Source of the DNA: an uncultured Candidatus Altimarinota bacterium
GTDB lineage: Bacteria > Patescibacteriota > Gracilibacteria > BD1-5 > UBA2023
Direction: 5' to 3'
DNA length: 64,000 nt
Assembly (NCBI GenBank): GCA_938036655.1
Contig: CALHQS010000038.1
Location: 1,024 to 65,023, forward strand
Position 1 is the first letter of the stretch; every line of letters starts with the position of its first letter. A program made the translations under genes and the position numbers. Of this stretch, positions 1 to 9,734 are shown piece by piece. The notes beneath the pieces were generated by a model. The model searched no databases and was not told the origin of the DNA. It saw only the letters and a program-made list of their open reading frames with translations.

Positions 1-582
1 AGTACTTCCAAGAGAAACCCCAAAAACTAGCGCCCAAAGCCAAAAGTTTTTTATTTCCAAATAATAAAAAATTTTCTTCAAAAAATATAATATAACACCA
101 AAAATCGCAACATTAATTATAAATATAATATATTTTGAAAAAACTCCAAAAAAGAATATACTAACCAAATGTACCAACATATAAAACAATGGTGGATGAA
201 CATCCATTGCTTGATTAAAATACACCATATCAAATCTTAATACATCCTTTATATCAACAGTCACATAATCTTTAGCATCTTCCATCGTTTTCCAAATTGG
301 CTTTTGTTTACTCTCAATTTCATTCACTTTAGCTCTCGCCCCATTAATATCTTTAATGAGTGAAATCCAATTATTTTCGAATATTACTCGATTCATACCA
401 TTAGCATAATCATATGGTCTAAACATAATATCATACCTATAATTAGATGAACCATATGAAAATACTTCATCAGAAAATAATCCTTTTTTCTGCCCCATCC
501 AATACAAAAAATTAGCCATAATAATAGTTATTACTAAATATTTAAAAACTCTGCTATTAAAAATTTTATTTAGCTTTTCCAT
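1..582 (-). CDS. membrane glycosyltransferase-like protein (PMT_2/ArnT-like), N-terminal part; gene runs off the window start
   Basis: Manual translation from ATG at 582 leftwards stays open to the window edge. It begins MEKLNKIFNSRVFKYLVITIIMANFLYW. It has several hydrophobic helices and a DVHPPLFYMLVH loop like the HPPL(Y/F)Y motif of GT39/GT83-type transferases. Confidence 0.45.
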   Translation of the reverse strand, partial: MEKLNKIFNSRVFKYLVITIIMANFLYWMGQKKGLFSDEVFSYGSSNYRYDIMFRPYDYANGMNRVIFENNWISLIKDINGARAKVNEIESKQKPIWKTMEDAKDYVTVDIKDVLRFDMVYFNQAMDVHPPLFYMLVHLVSIFFFGVFSKYIIFIINVAIFGVILYFLKKIFYYLEIKNFWLWALVFGVSLGST

Positions 583-649
583 AAAAACTCCAGTTAATAT
601 TATTTTCTATTTTAATATACAACATTTTGCAAATATTTACAAATTATAA

Positions 650-681
650 ACATAAAAAAGGATGCTTATTCAAGCACCCTA
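650..681 (-). terminator. intrinsic terminator after the dGTPase gene
   Basis: The minus-strand RNA has a GGGUGCUU-GAAU-AAGCAUCC hairpin (one G.U) followed by UUUUUUAUGUUU. It starts right after the TGA stop at 693-695. Confidence 0.55.
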
Positions 682-692
682 AAGTAAAATAT

Positions 693-1943
693 TCAAAATG
701 TAATCATCCTTTCATACTCAGAAATAGCCTTTCTATCAGTCATTCCAGAAATATATTCAATTATAGCAAAAGCATAGCTCTCACTACTTTGCAAATCGAT
801 AAATTTCTTAAAATCATATACATTTCCGTCATCATAGCTGTTTATCTCTTCCAAGTCAGTTTTAAAGTTGAAACAATAAATTTTTAGCCACTTAACAAAG
901 TCAAGCACTACATGTCCATATTCCCTCGCTGGGCGGGCAATCTTTAAAACACCATCATCATTTAATCCATAATATAAATCAAATAATGTATTTAAAATTA
1001 GTGAAAAATAAGGTTTGCTAATTTTCACTCTCTCTGAAAAGCAAATACGAGAAGTATTAAACGCCTTTATAGCATCCAATCTCTCAGCCCATTCCCCAGA
1101 AAATCTAATTCCATCCTCTGGATTTGAGTTTTGAACACAATCATTAATTAACCCACCAACAATTACATCCCTATTATATTCATTAAATTTTAACTTCAAT
1201 GAATATAACAAATCTCGTTCAATTTCCTCTCTAGTTAAAACATTTAGACGCAAAGCATCTTCAGTATCACGCATTATATAAGAAATTTTGTCTGACAGTT
1301 TCACCACACAAGCTTCCCATGTATAAGGATCATATTGGTTCGGCCTTATGTAATCCCTCTCTAGATTAATAAATTCATTTCTAGGCTTAAGGCCATTATC
1401 ATCCACCTCTCCACAGTGAGAAATTATACCATCCCTCACCGCATAGGTAAGGTTAAGCTGTTGACTCAGTCCCTTACTGCCCACAACAAGCTCAAAGTAA
1501 TCTGCAAGCACCACTCCATTCTTCTCATGCCAGAATGGTCTATTACAATATTTAAGATCAATCTTGCTTAAAATTGATTCACCTTCATGTCCAAATGGAG
1601 CATGACCAATGTCATGTCCAAGTGCAATTGCCTTACACAAGGTTTCATTAAGTCCCAATCTATTAGCAATCGTACTAGCTATAGATGATACATACAACAC
1701 ATGTTCACTCCTGGTACAAACATGGTCGTTCACAGGACTAAACAATAGTTGAGTCTTATTCCTAAGCCTCTTATATGCATTAGATTCCATGATTCGATAA
1801 TAATCTAATTCGAATCCCTTTGCATAATTAACATCCGTATCGAAAATCATCTTTCTCCGTCTAGATATTGCATTCTCATATCTATTATTTCCCTTATTCA
1901 TTGCTACTTCTAAAAATTTTTTCATATTATTCCTTTCTGCCAA
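693..1943 (-). CDS. dGTP triphosphohydrolase-like HD-domain phosphohydrolase
   Basis: Uninterrupted 416-aa ORF. It has the HD motif region RSEHVLYVSSIASTIANRLGL...ALGHDIGHAPFGHEGE typical of Dgt-family dNTPases. It ends with TGA used as a stop. Confidence 0.8.
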   Translation of the reverse strand: MAERNNMKKFLEVAMNKGNNRYENAISRRRKMIFDTDVNYAKGFELDYYRIMESNAYKRLRNKTQLLFSPVNDHVCTRSEHVLYVSSIASTIANRLGLNETLCKAIALGHDIGHAPFGHEGESILSKIDLKYCNRPFWHEKNGVVLADYFELVVGSKGLSQQLNLTYAVRDGIISHCGEVDDNGLKPRNEFINLERDYIRPNQYDPYTWEACVVKLSDKISYIMRDTEDALRLNVLTREEIERDLLYSLKLKFNEYNRDVIVGGLINDCVQNSNPEDGIRFSGEWAERLDAIKAFNTSRICFSERVKISKPYFSLILNTLFDLYYGLNDDGVLKIARPAREYGHVVLDFVKWLKIYCFNFKTDLEEINSYDDGNVYDFKKFIDLQSSESYAFAIIEYISGMTDRKAISEYERMITF

Positions 1944-2097
1944 TCGGCAACAAAAACATTAAACATTATAACATTATGTTACTATATTTATGTAAAATTG
2001 TTAATTTTAAGACAAAAAACAAATAACCAATACTTTTTTCAAAGATATATTGAATTTTATTTTCTTAAATTATATAATGTCACTACAAATTACAAAC

Positions 2098-2173
2098 GCC
2101 TGGATAGCTCAGTTGGTAGAGTGCAGCCTTGGTAAGGCTGAGGTCGGCAGTTCAATCCTGCTTTCAGGCTCCA
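2098..2173 (+). tRNA. tRNA-Thr (anticodon GGU), CCA encoded
   Basis: Cloverleaf read by hand: acceptor GCCTGGA/TTCAGGC, D arm GCTC-AGTTGGTA-GAGT, anticodon stem CAGCC/GGCTG with loop TTGGTAA, T arm GGCAG-TTCAATC-CTGCT. Confidence 0.85.
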
Positions 2174-2188
2174 TTTTATAAAAGCAAA

Positions 2189-2220
2189 AGAGCAGATCGT
2201 GAATTCTCACGATCTGCTCT
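2189..2220. terminator. perfect 14-bp hairpin terminator (AGAGCAGATCGTGA-ATTC-TCACGATCTGCTCT)
   Basis: A perfect inverted repeat with a 4-nt loop. It has a U-run on the minus-strand side (TTTTGCTTTTAT) and lies just 3' of the tRNA on the plus side. Its style differs from the terminators seen after 4.1 kb. Confidence 0.65.
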
Positions 2221-2511
2221 TACACATTATACTAATTTAGGCAAACCTACTCACATATCAAAATTTCTCTCAAGTGTAAATAAGTTCATACTGACTATTT
2301 TTTTATTCCTACTCTTAATAACCCTCCTTGTTAAAGTCCACTTCGCATCATTGACACTGATGCAATCAAGCAATCCAGGAAATCTTTTTCCAAAAGAATT
2401 AAGCACTTCTTCTTGCTATCCTATCGAAACAGGATAACCATCCGTCCATAAATTCATATGATACGAATTATCTTCAGATTCGCCATTTCTAAGGAAAAAA
2501 ATCCTATTGGG

Positions 2512-2916
2512 TTATTCGTGAAGTACAGCTGTTATACCATACTTACATAAAAACTTTTGAAAACTTTCTTCTCTAAAGAAAGTGTATTGATTATCTATAA
2601 AACCATCCGATAAACCTAAAGTCCCGTTTCCAAAAATTTCGCCTTTTTTAACAACAAATTCCATATTTATGACTCTAAGAGGTTCATTCGGCGTCTTAAG
2701 GGTTAATTTAGCAAAACCGTTTTGATATAATGTATACCTCATGCTATGGATGCCATCAATGCACAGCTCCTTCGCTGTACATTTTATAACTCCATTGTTC
2801 TGAACTTGGCATTCCCAGCCATTTACTAATAAATACTTGGGAATAAATATTTCAAATTTAACTCCCTCGCATTTTTCGAACACCAAATTCTTTATGGTTA
2901 TCATCGCTGCAGCCAC
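2512..2916 (-). CDS. hypothetical protein (134 aa)
   Basis: Intact ORF with a TAA stop. I recognise no motif. Confidence 0.45.
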   Translation of the reverse strand: MAAAMITIKNLVFEKCEGVKFEIFIPKYLLVNGWECQVQNNGVIKCTAKELCIDGIHSMRYTLYQNGFAKLTLKTPNEPLRVINMEFVVKKGEIFGNGTLGLSDGFIDNQYTFFREESFQKFLCKYGITAVLHE

Positions 2917-3228
2917 AATCTCCTTTCCCTACCCTATTAGGGTTCGTTTCCAAAATATAAAACTGGCTAAATCTATATTCCTGCTACATTAGCGGGGCTT
3001 TTCATTAATATATTACACAAAAAAAAAGATTCTGGCTGAACCTCAATTAGTATATATGAGGTAACAATTATTATCTTTTTTTCAATGTGCACGTATTATG
3101 TTACGTGGCAACTATTATAAACCATTTTACATAAAAATTCAATTAATCCGATTAATTAAATTTTTTCCAACCTCAAATAAAAAAAATATGATATAATATA
3201 CAAAATACATTAGAAAGAACTTAAAACA

Positions 3229-4074
3229 ATGGCATTCGACGGAATAATTTTAAAAAACATAACAAACGAATTAAAAGAACTTATAAATGGAAAAATAAAC
3301 AAAATTCAACAAAGTTCCAAAGATAACTTAACTTTATCAATTTATAACCAAAGACCCTATAACTTATACATAGATATTTCAGCAAATAACTATAGAGTAC
3401 ATTTAACAAATCATTCTGAAAAAAACCTTCAAACGCCTTCAAATTTCTGTATGGTATTAAGAAAATATATTACATCAGCCAAAATAACCAATATCTATTC
3501 ACTAGGATTAGAAAGAATTCTCTATATTGAATTTGAAACATATAATGAAATGAATGATTTAATAAAAAGGTATCTTGTATGTGAGTTAATGGGTAAATAT
3601 AGTAATATATTGCTTTTAAATGAACATTTCAATATAATTGACGCCTTAAAGAAATTTGACGGAAATGATATATCAAGAGACATCATGCCAGGTAGGCACT
3701 ATTCACTACCAAATGATACAAAAAATGACTTTACCAAAATAAATGAATCAGAATTTATCAACATCATAACAAATTCAGAATTCAAAACACTTGAAACAGT
3801 CATACCTTCCCTATTTACAGGAATAAGTAAATTATACATTCAGTCACTAATAAATGAATTAAAATTAAGTAATACCATTTCAGATAAAGCTTTAAAAGAA
3901 CTATACAAATCAATTTCAGACTCAATAGCAAATGGAAAAGGGATAAATTTTAAAAATAACTACACAATAATTCCTACATCTAATTCTGATAATTTAAAAT
4001 TAAATAAATTCTTAGATGACTTTTACTATAACAAAAATAAAATTGATAATTTTTTCACAAAAATTTTTTCGTAA
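3229..4074 (+). CDS. rqcH: RqcH/FbpA (NFACT-N) ribosome quality control protein, N-terminal 281 codons only (truncated at a sequence junction)
   Basis: It starts MAFDGIILKNITNELKELINGKINKIQQ, a typical NFACT-N/fibronectin-binding protein A N-terminus. Full-length homologues are roughly twice this length. The reading frame runs into a short unrelated tail (FFTKIFS*) at about 4045-4074. Confidence 0.7.
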   Translation: MAFDGIILKNITNELKELINGKINKIQQSSKDNLTLSIYNQRPYNLYIDISANNYRVHLTNHSEKNLQTPSNFCMVLRKYITSAKITNIYSLGLERILYIEFETYNEMNDLIKRYLVCELMGKYSNILLLNEHFNIIDALKKFDGNDISRDIMPGRHYSLPNDTKNDFTKINESEFINIITNSEFKTLETVIPSLFTGISKLYIQSLINELKLSNTISDKALKELYKSISDSIANGKGINFKNNYTIIPTSNSDNLKLNKFLDDFYYNKNKIDNFFTKIFS

Positions 4075-4152
4075 AAAACTCGAAAATATAATTTGTTTTT
4101 TTCTTGAAAAAAAGTACAATGTGTGTGTCAAAATTTTATCAAAATACAATTT

Positions 4153-5478
4153 ATGAATTTTTCACAAAAGAATGTAAATTTTACATTCAAATTTTTTCTT
4201 TTCTTTTTGCTCGGAATTATTTTTGGTGGTTTTTGGATTTTTCTTGGCTTTAAACAATGATTTTTTATCGCAAATTCCGCTTCACAATCAGAAAATATTC
4301 TTCAAAAAAATAATTTTTCACAAACTTCTGACAATGTCAAAAACTCGTGAGAATTGTGAGTTTTTTCCTCAAATAAGCTCAAAAAGATTTATTCTATTAT
4401 TGATCAGAAATTCTATGGATTTGCACAAAAATCTCAAGAAGAAGTCGAAAATAAAATAGCTGCCGCGATGATTGCAGGACTTGGGGATAAGCATTCAGAA
4501 TATTTTACTGCTGAAGAAAATGAAGAATTTCAATCTGAACTTTCTGGTGATTTTGAAGGAATTGGAGCGGTTGTAGGAACTCATGAATTGGGTGCTAAAA
4601 TTGAACGAATCCTTCCGAGTTCGCCGGCTGAAAAATTTGGGCTTTTGGCCGGAGATGTTGTGATTTCGGCAGACAATAATTCCCTTGCTGGGCTTACAAC
4701 GACGGAGGCAGTCAAGTTCATTCGTGGGAAAAAATGAACGAGTGTGACGCTCAAATATTTGCGTAATGGTGAGGAAAAAACGGTTGCTGTAACTCGTGAT
4801 TCTGTGAATCTTCCTTCGGTTGACGCGAAAATGATAGAAAATTCTCCGATTGGATATATTCAGATTAATTCTTTTGGAGAAAAAACGCCGTCAGAATTCC
4901 ATTCTGCGATTGCTGATTTGAAAAAATCTGGTGCTAAAGGACTTCTTTTGGATTTTCGATTCAATGGTGGCGGATATCTGACTTCCGCACAAACAATGCT
5001 TTCAGAATTATTACCGAGAAATTCAAAAATTGTGACGATTAAAGAAAATAATCCAATCAATAATGAATCACTTTTTACAAACCTTCTCTCATCGCCTGAT
5101 ATAGAAATTCCGGTGGCCGTTCTCGTGAATGAGTATTCCGCTTCAGCATCGGAAATTGTGGCAGGCGCGATTCAGGATTATAAGCGAGGAATTATTATTG
5201 GAAATAAAACCTATGGAAAGGGTTCGGTGCAGGAAATGTTCCCTCTCGGTGACGGTTCTATGATAAAAATTACAGTTGCACGATGGTATACACCAAATGA
5301 TAAAAATATTGATAGTGACTGAATTGATCCAGATATTGTAGTCAATTTTACAGATGAGGATCGTAAAAATATTTTTGATCGACAGAAAGATGTGGCACAA
5401 AAAATTCTTCAAAAAATGATTGATGGTGCAAAATATCAGGAAATAATTAATTCCGCAAAAGAATTTTCTAACTCATAA
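4153..5478 (+). CDS. carboxy-terminal processing peptidase (S41, Ctp/Prc family), table 25
   Basis: Joins the in-frame segment 4153-4467 with track ORFs 4468-4737 and 4744-5322 plus a tail, across 5 in-frame TGAs. It has an N-terminal TM, a PDZ region (GIGAVV...[23 protein letters not shown]), S41 motifs ([29 protein letters not shown]) and the TGA-encoded Gly positions RGKK-G-T and SD-G-IDPDI. Confidence 0.85.
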
Positions 5479-5483
5479 TTATT

Positions 5484-6728
5484 ATGTCTTATATTCAAAA
5501 ACAAGATCCAGAGCTATACGAGGCACTCTTGGGAGAAGAAAAACGCCAGCAAAATGAACTTGAACTGATTGCTTCTGAAAATTATGTTTCTAAGGCGGTT
5601 CTAGAGGCAAATGGTTCAATTTTTACTAACAAATATAGTGAATGATATCCTGGAAAGCGATATTATGCTGGTCAAAAATATGTCGATATTGTCGAAAATG
5701 TGGCGATTAAACGCGTGAAAAAACTCTTCGGGGCTGAACATGTTAACGTACAACCTCTTTCAGGCTCGCCAGCCAATTTAGCCGTATTTTTTGCTGTACT
5801 AGAACACGGTGATACGATTCTTGGAATGAATCTGGATCATGGAGGTCATCTATCTCATGGACATCCACTTAATTATTCTGGAAAAAAATTCAATATTGTA
5901 TCATATGGTGTCAATAGATCGACATGATTGATCGACATGTCGAATGTGGCGAAGTTGGCGAAGGAATATAAACCAAAAATGATTATTGCTGGGTTTTCAG
6001 CCTATTCTCGAAGCCTTGATTGGGAAAAATTTCGAGAAATTGCTGACGAGGTCGGTGCTATTTTAATGGCAGATATTGCTCATATTGCAGGACTTGTTGC
6101 TGGAGGGGTTCTTGAAAATCCTGTTCCATATTGCGATATTGTAACAACCACAACTCATAAAACACTTCGTGGTCCACGAGGAGCTATAATTATGTGTCGT
6201 GAAAAATACGCGAAAGATATTGATCGTGCTGTATTTCCAGGAATCCAATGAGGCCCACATGAGCATATTATTTTAGCAAAGGCTGTTGCTTTTGGTGAGG
6301 CTTTAAAACCAGAATTTTCGACATATGTTCGACAAATTATCGACAATGCTCGACAGATGGCGAAGGTATTTGTCGAAGAATGATTCGTGGTGATTTCAGG
6401 ATGAACAGATAACCATATCGTATTGCTAGATATTTTTGCATCGACAGGACTTTCTGGAAAGCAGGCTGAAGAAATTCTTGAAAATATTGGAATTTCCACC
6501 AATAAAAATATGATTCCATATGATACACGCAAGCCACTTGATCCATCAGGAATTCGTATCGGAACGGCAGCGATTACGACGCGAAAGTTTACAGAAAAAG
6601 AATGTGAAAAACTGGCAAAAATCATAGTACAAGCACTTCGTGAGCCAGAAAATTCTTCTTTGCAATCAGAACTTCGTGAGCAAGTGCATGAACTTTGTCG
6701 GCAATTCCCTATTCCTTCAACTTTTTAA
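5484..6728 (+). CDS. glyA: serine hydroxymethyltransferase, table 25
   Basis: Four same-frame pieces are joined across 5 TGAs. TGA falls at NKYSE-G-YPGKRYY, IQ-G-GPHEH and ISG-G-TDNH. The PLP region [13 protein letters not shown] is present. Confidence 0.95.
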
Positions 6729-6731
6729 AAT

Positions 6732-7463
6732 ATGGGTTTGGATAATTACGAATGACTTGATGATTCGCCCCAGCTTGCGAGTGGTCGTGAAGAATCTCAA
6801 GAACAATATCAAGAAAAATCTCGAAAAGCACAGATTCAGCTCAAAAAAATTCAAAAAGATGAAAAATCTGCACAAAACGATAATCAGAAATTATTTCTCA
6901 TTTTGTCGAGGTTTATTCAGGATGCTTATTATGAGTCACTCATTGGTGATGTTTCGGCTCTTTTGAGTGCAGGATTTTCGTCACGCGGAATTATTGCATT
7001 TATAGCGCTTTTTTATCCAGATGCGACTTTTTATGTCGCGGATTCGCTTGAAAGAAAAGAAAAAATGAAATTACTACTTTGATTACCTCGTTATGAAGAA
7101 AAAATCGAATTTCACGAGCAAAATATTTTCCCAGAAATTCGTGCCTGGATTTCAGAATGGATTCTTATGACAGAACTTTTTTTGACGGATAAATCAGCGT
7201 CTGTTCTTATGAACAAAAAAACTTTTGAAATGATGCGAGGTGAACATTCAGCGCTTATTGAACGCATTTTATCAAATTTTTTAATCTTTTTCTTTGGGAT
7301 GCGAAATGTGATTTTGCCCGAACATAAGGCGCGTGAGTTTGCAAAATTTATCAAAAAAAATATTTCCGACAAACTCGAAAAATATTTTGCTATTCAAGAA
7401 AAAAATATCCATGAACTCATCACGGATATTGAATTTAATTCCGATGATTTGTTTGGTTCGTAA
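6732..7463 (+). CDS. hypothetical protein (243 aa, 2 in-frame TGA)
   Basis: The ATG lies 3 nt after the glyA stop. The frame is continuous with track ORF 7167-7463 when TGA is a sense codon. I recognise no domain. Confidence 0.5.
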
Positions 7464-8997
7464 GAATTTTTTGCTCTTGTGAATGGAGTAAATAGAGAAA
7501 TCCCATGAAGTACAAAATGATACTAAGTGGGATTTTTGCTTGTTCAGGAATTTCTACAAGTGAAAATTTTCCAAAAAACCCAGAAACTGTAAAAATAATT
7601 TCTCCCAAAAAATATACTGGCAGTCAGAGAATGTACAAAATACTATCGGGAATAATAAAACTCAATCCAATATAAATCGTTGCCAAAAAGAGAAGTACAC
7701 TCATGAATCCTGCAATTAAAATATTGGCAATAATCCCCAAAATACTAACACTTCCGAAAAAATATATCATCGAACCGAGGCTTCCCATCGTTGCAGCCAA
7801 TGTTACACTCATGAGTGTTGAAATCCATGAAAATTTAAAAAATTTTTGTAAAAAATCATGAATTGGCCGATTGAGAAGAATAATTCCAATCGTGGCACCA
7901 AATGAGAGTCAAAAACTTGCATCATAGAGGAGGCTGAGTGGCGAGAAAAAGCTCAATATTACAGCCAGTGCACTCAGTAGGCTGATGCTATTAATTTTCC
8001 ATCCATTTGTAATACCAAAATAAATAATAATCCCCATCACAGTCGCCCGAATTACAGGAATATCCCATCCAACAAGACTTCCATAAAGTCCCAAAAATCC
8101 AAAAATCAGAATATATTTCATGATTCTTCTCATAGGTATATATTTGAGAAAAAACCCGAGAATCATGATAATAAAAGTGATATTTGATCCACTCACTACG
8201 AGAATATGCGTCAGGCTCGCGTTTTTAAATTCTCATTTCATTTCGCTCGTCATCATATCGGTATTTCCGATCGTGATACCAAGCAAAAGTGCAGAAGTTT
8301 TTTCTGGAAAGCCATTGAAAATCATGTTTTTTACTTTTTGTTGAATAGTATCAAAAAATGTTGGTTCTGCTTGAAATTTTCTCTCAAAAGTATAGAGTGA
8401 AAATTTGGCGTACGATTCGTGAAACCATGCATATCGTGAAAATCCTGTCACAGATTCATTCTCAAATTCGATCAGTGGCTTGAGCTTTCCTGAAAAAGTG
8501 ATGACATCGCCAATATTGAGTGTAAGGTTCTTTGGGATGTCGACAAAAATGCCGATTTTGTCTTCTGGATCACCAATATAGCGTGTCGAAGTTGTGTCGA
8601 TCATGTCGATATTGAGGCGATAAGTTTCGCGTTGATCGCCCTGAAACATCTTGCGAGTGATTCGTCCTGTAATCGTTGTTTTCTCAGAAAAATCGAGTGT
8701 AATCTCGCTGAGTTTCTCGAGCACTGCATGGCGATGATTTTCGGCTGTATTTGCAAGGCTCAGTCCAATCAAAAAAATGCCCAGAAAAAAGAAAAATTTC
8801 ACAAAAATTTTCTCAAAACTCGCATACAAAAAACCGAGAATAACCGTAATACTCACCAAAATAATAGCCAAAGAATAATTACTTCCAGCAATAATTCCCA
8901 AGAAAAAAGTAAAAACACCAAAGAAAAAGAACATCCGAGGATGTTCTAGGAACGAAAATGCTTTAAAATTCATATAATAGCCATCATAATAAAACAA
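7435..8997 (-). CDS. ComEC/Rec2-like competence channel protein without the C-terminal metallo-beta-lactamase domain, table 25
   Basis: Track ORFs 8233-8997, 7909-8196 and 7624-7812 plus a tail are in one frame across 3 TGAs. It has an N-terminal OB-like region (TITGRITRKMF...NIGDVITFSGKLKP) and a competence domain (LLLGITIGNTDMMT...LTHILVVSGSNITFI) with many TM helices. The start could instead be ATG 8973. Confidence 0.7.
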
Positions 8998-9725
8998 ATT
9001 CCGACTAGTTGATTCAATCGAATAAAAATCTCAAACATATCTGGTTTTCCAGATAAAAATTCCCCAAAAAAGAGCATCACACCAATTCCACTGAGCAAAA
9101 TATTTCCTATGTAACCATCGGGAATATTTTTATTTTCAAATTTTCTCCAAACGACGATAAGTCCGATAGTGATAAGGATATAGAGAATTGCGAGAGGAAA
9201 TAATTTTCCAGGAATGGAACTATATTTTGTATTATAATCCACTGCAAAAAACAGTGACGATGACACTCAATAGATCTGTCCACCCAAGAATGCTCCAATA
9301 TATCCTACGATTGATGCAATCAAAAATGATGGCAAAATCGCGTCGAGATATCGCTCGCGCATATTTTTTTGATCACGTGTTTTCCAAAAAAATACTATTG
9401 CAAAGCCGATAATTCCGCCCGCGAGTGAAAGATTGTAATTATCCGTGATGAAAAAATTTTGTAAAAATTCTATCAACGACGCATTTCCTGACAAGAAACT
9501 TTGAAATCCAAACTTCGTATCTCGCCACGCAGAGAACATATAAAAGAGCCTCGCAAAAAAGAATATTGCGATTGTAAAGCTCATAATATCGGAAAAAACT
9601 GGCTTTGTAATTCCCTTTTTTTGTGAAAAAATATGCAGACAATAAAAGAAAATTATCCACGAAATCACCAGAAAAATTCCAAAAACATAGATGTGAACGT
9701 CTCAAATGACAAGTTTGGGATACAT
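8946..9725 (-). CDS. lgt: prolipoprotein diacylglyceryl transferase-like (divergent Lgt), table 25
   Basis: ATG at 9725, with three in-frame TGAs joining track ORFs 9267-9668 and 8970-9266. It is a polytopic membrane protein with LAGGIIGF, GAFLGGQIY-G and GEFLSGKPD resembling the Lgt GG(I/L)xG, GNFxNxE and EFxRxPD regions. Confidence 0.6.
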
Positions 9726-9734
9726 AATGAAAAA

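Noticed and set aside
4223-6728. The many short adjacent ORFs (for example 4468-4737 with 4744-5322, and 5700-5927, 5928-6251 and 6423-6728) could be read as frameshifted or nonsense-mutated pseudogenes.
   Set aside because: The pieces always share a frame and are separated only by TGA. Those TGAs fall on conserved Gly positions of the families. This is code reassignment, not decay.
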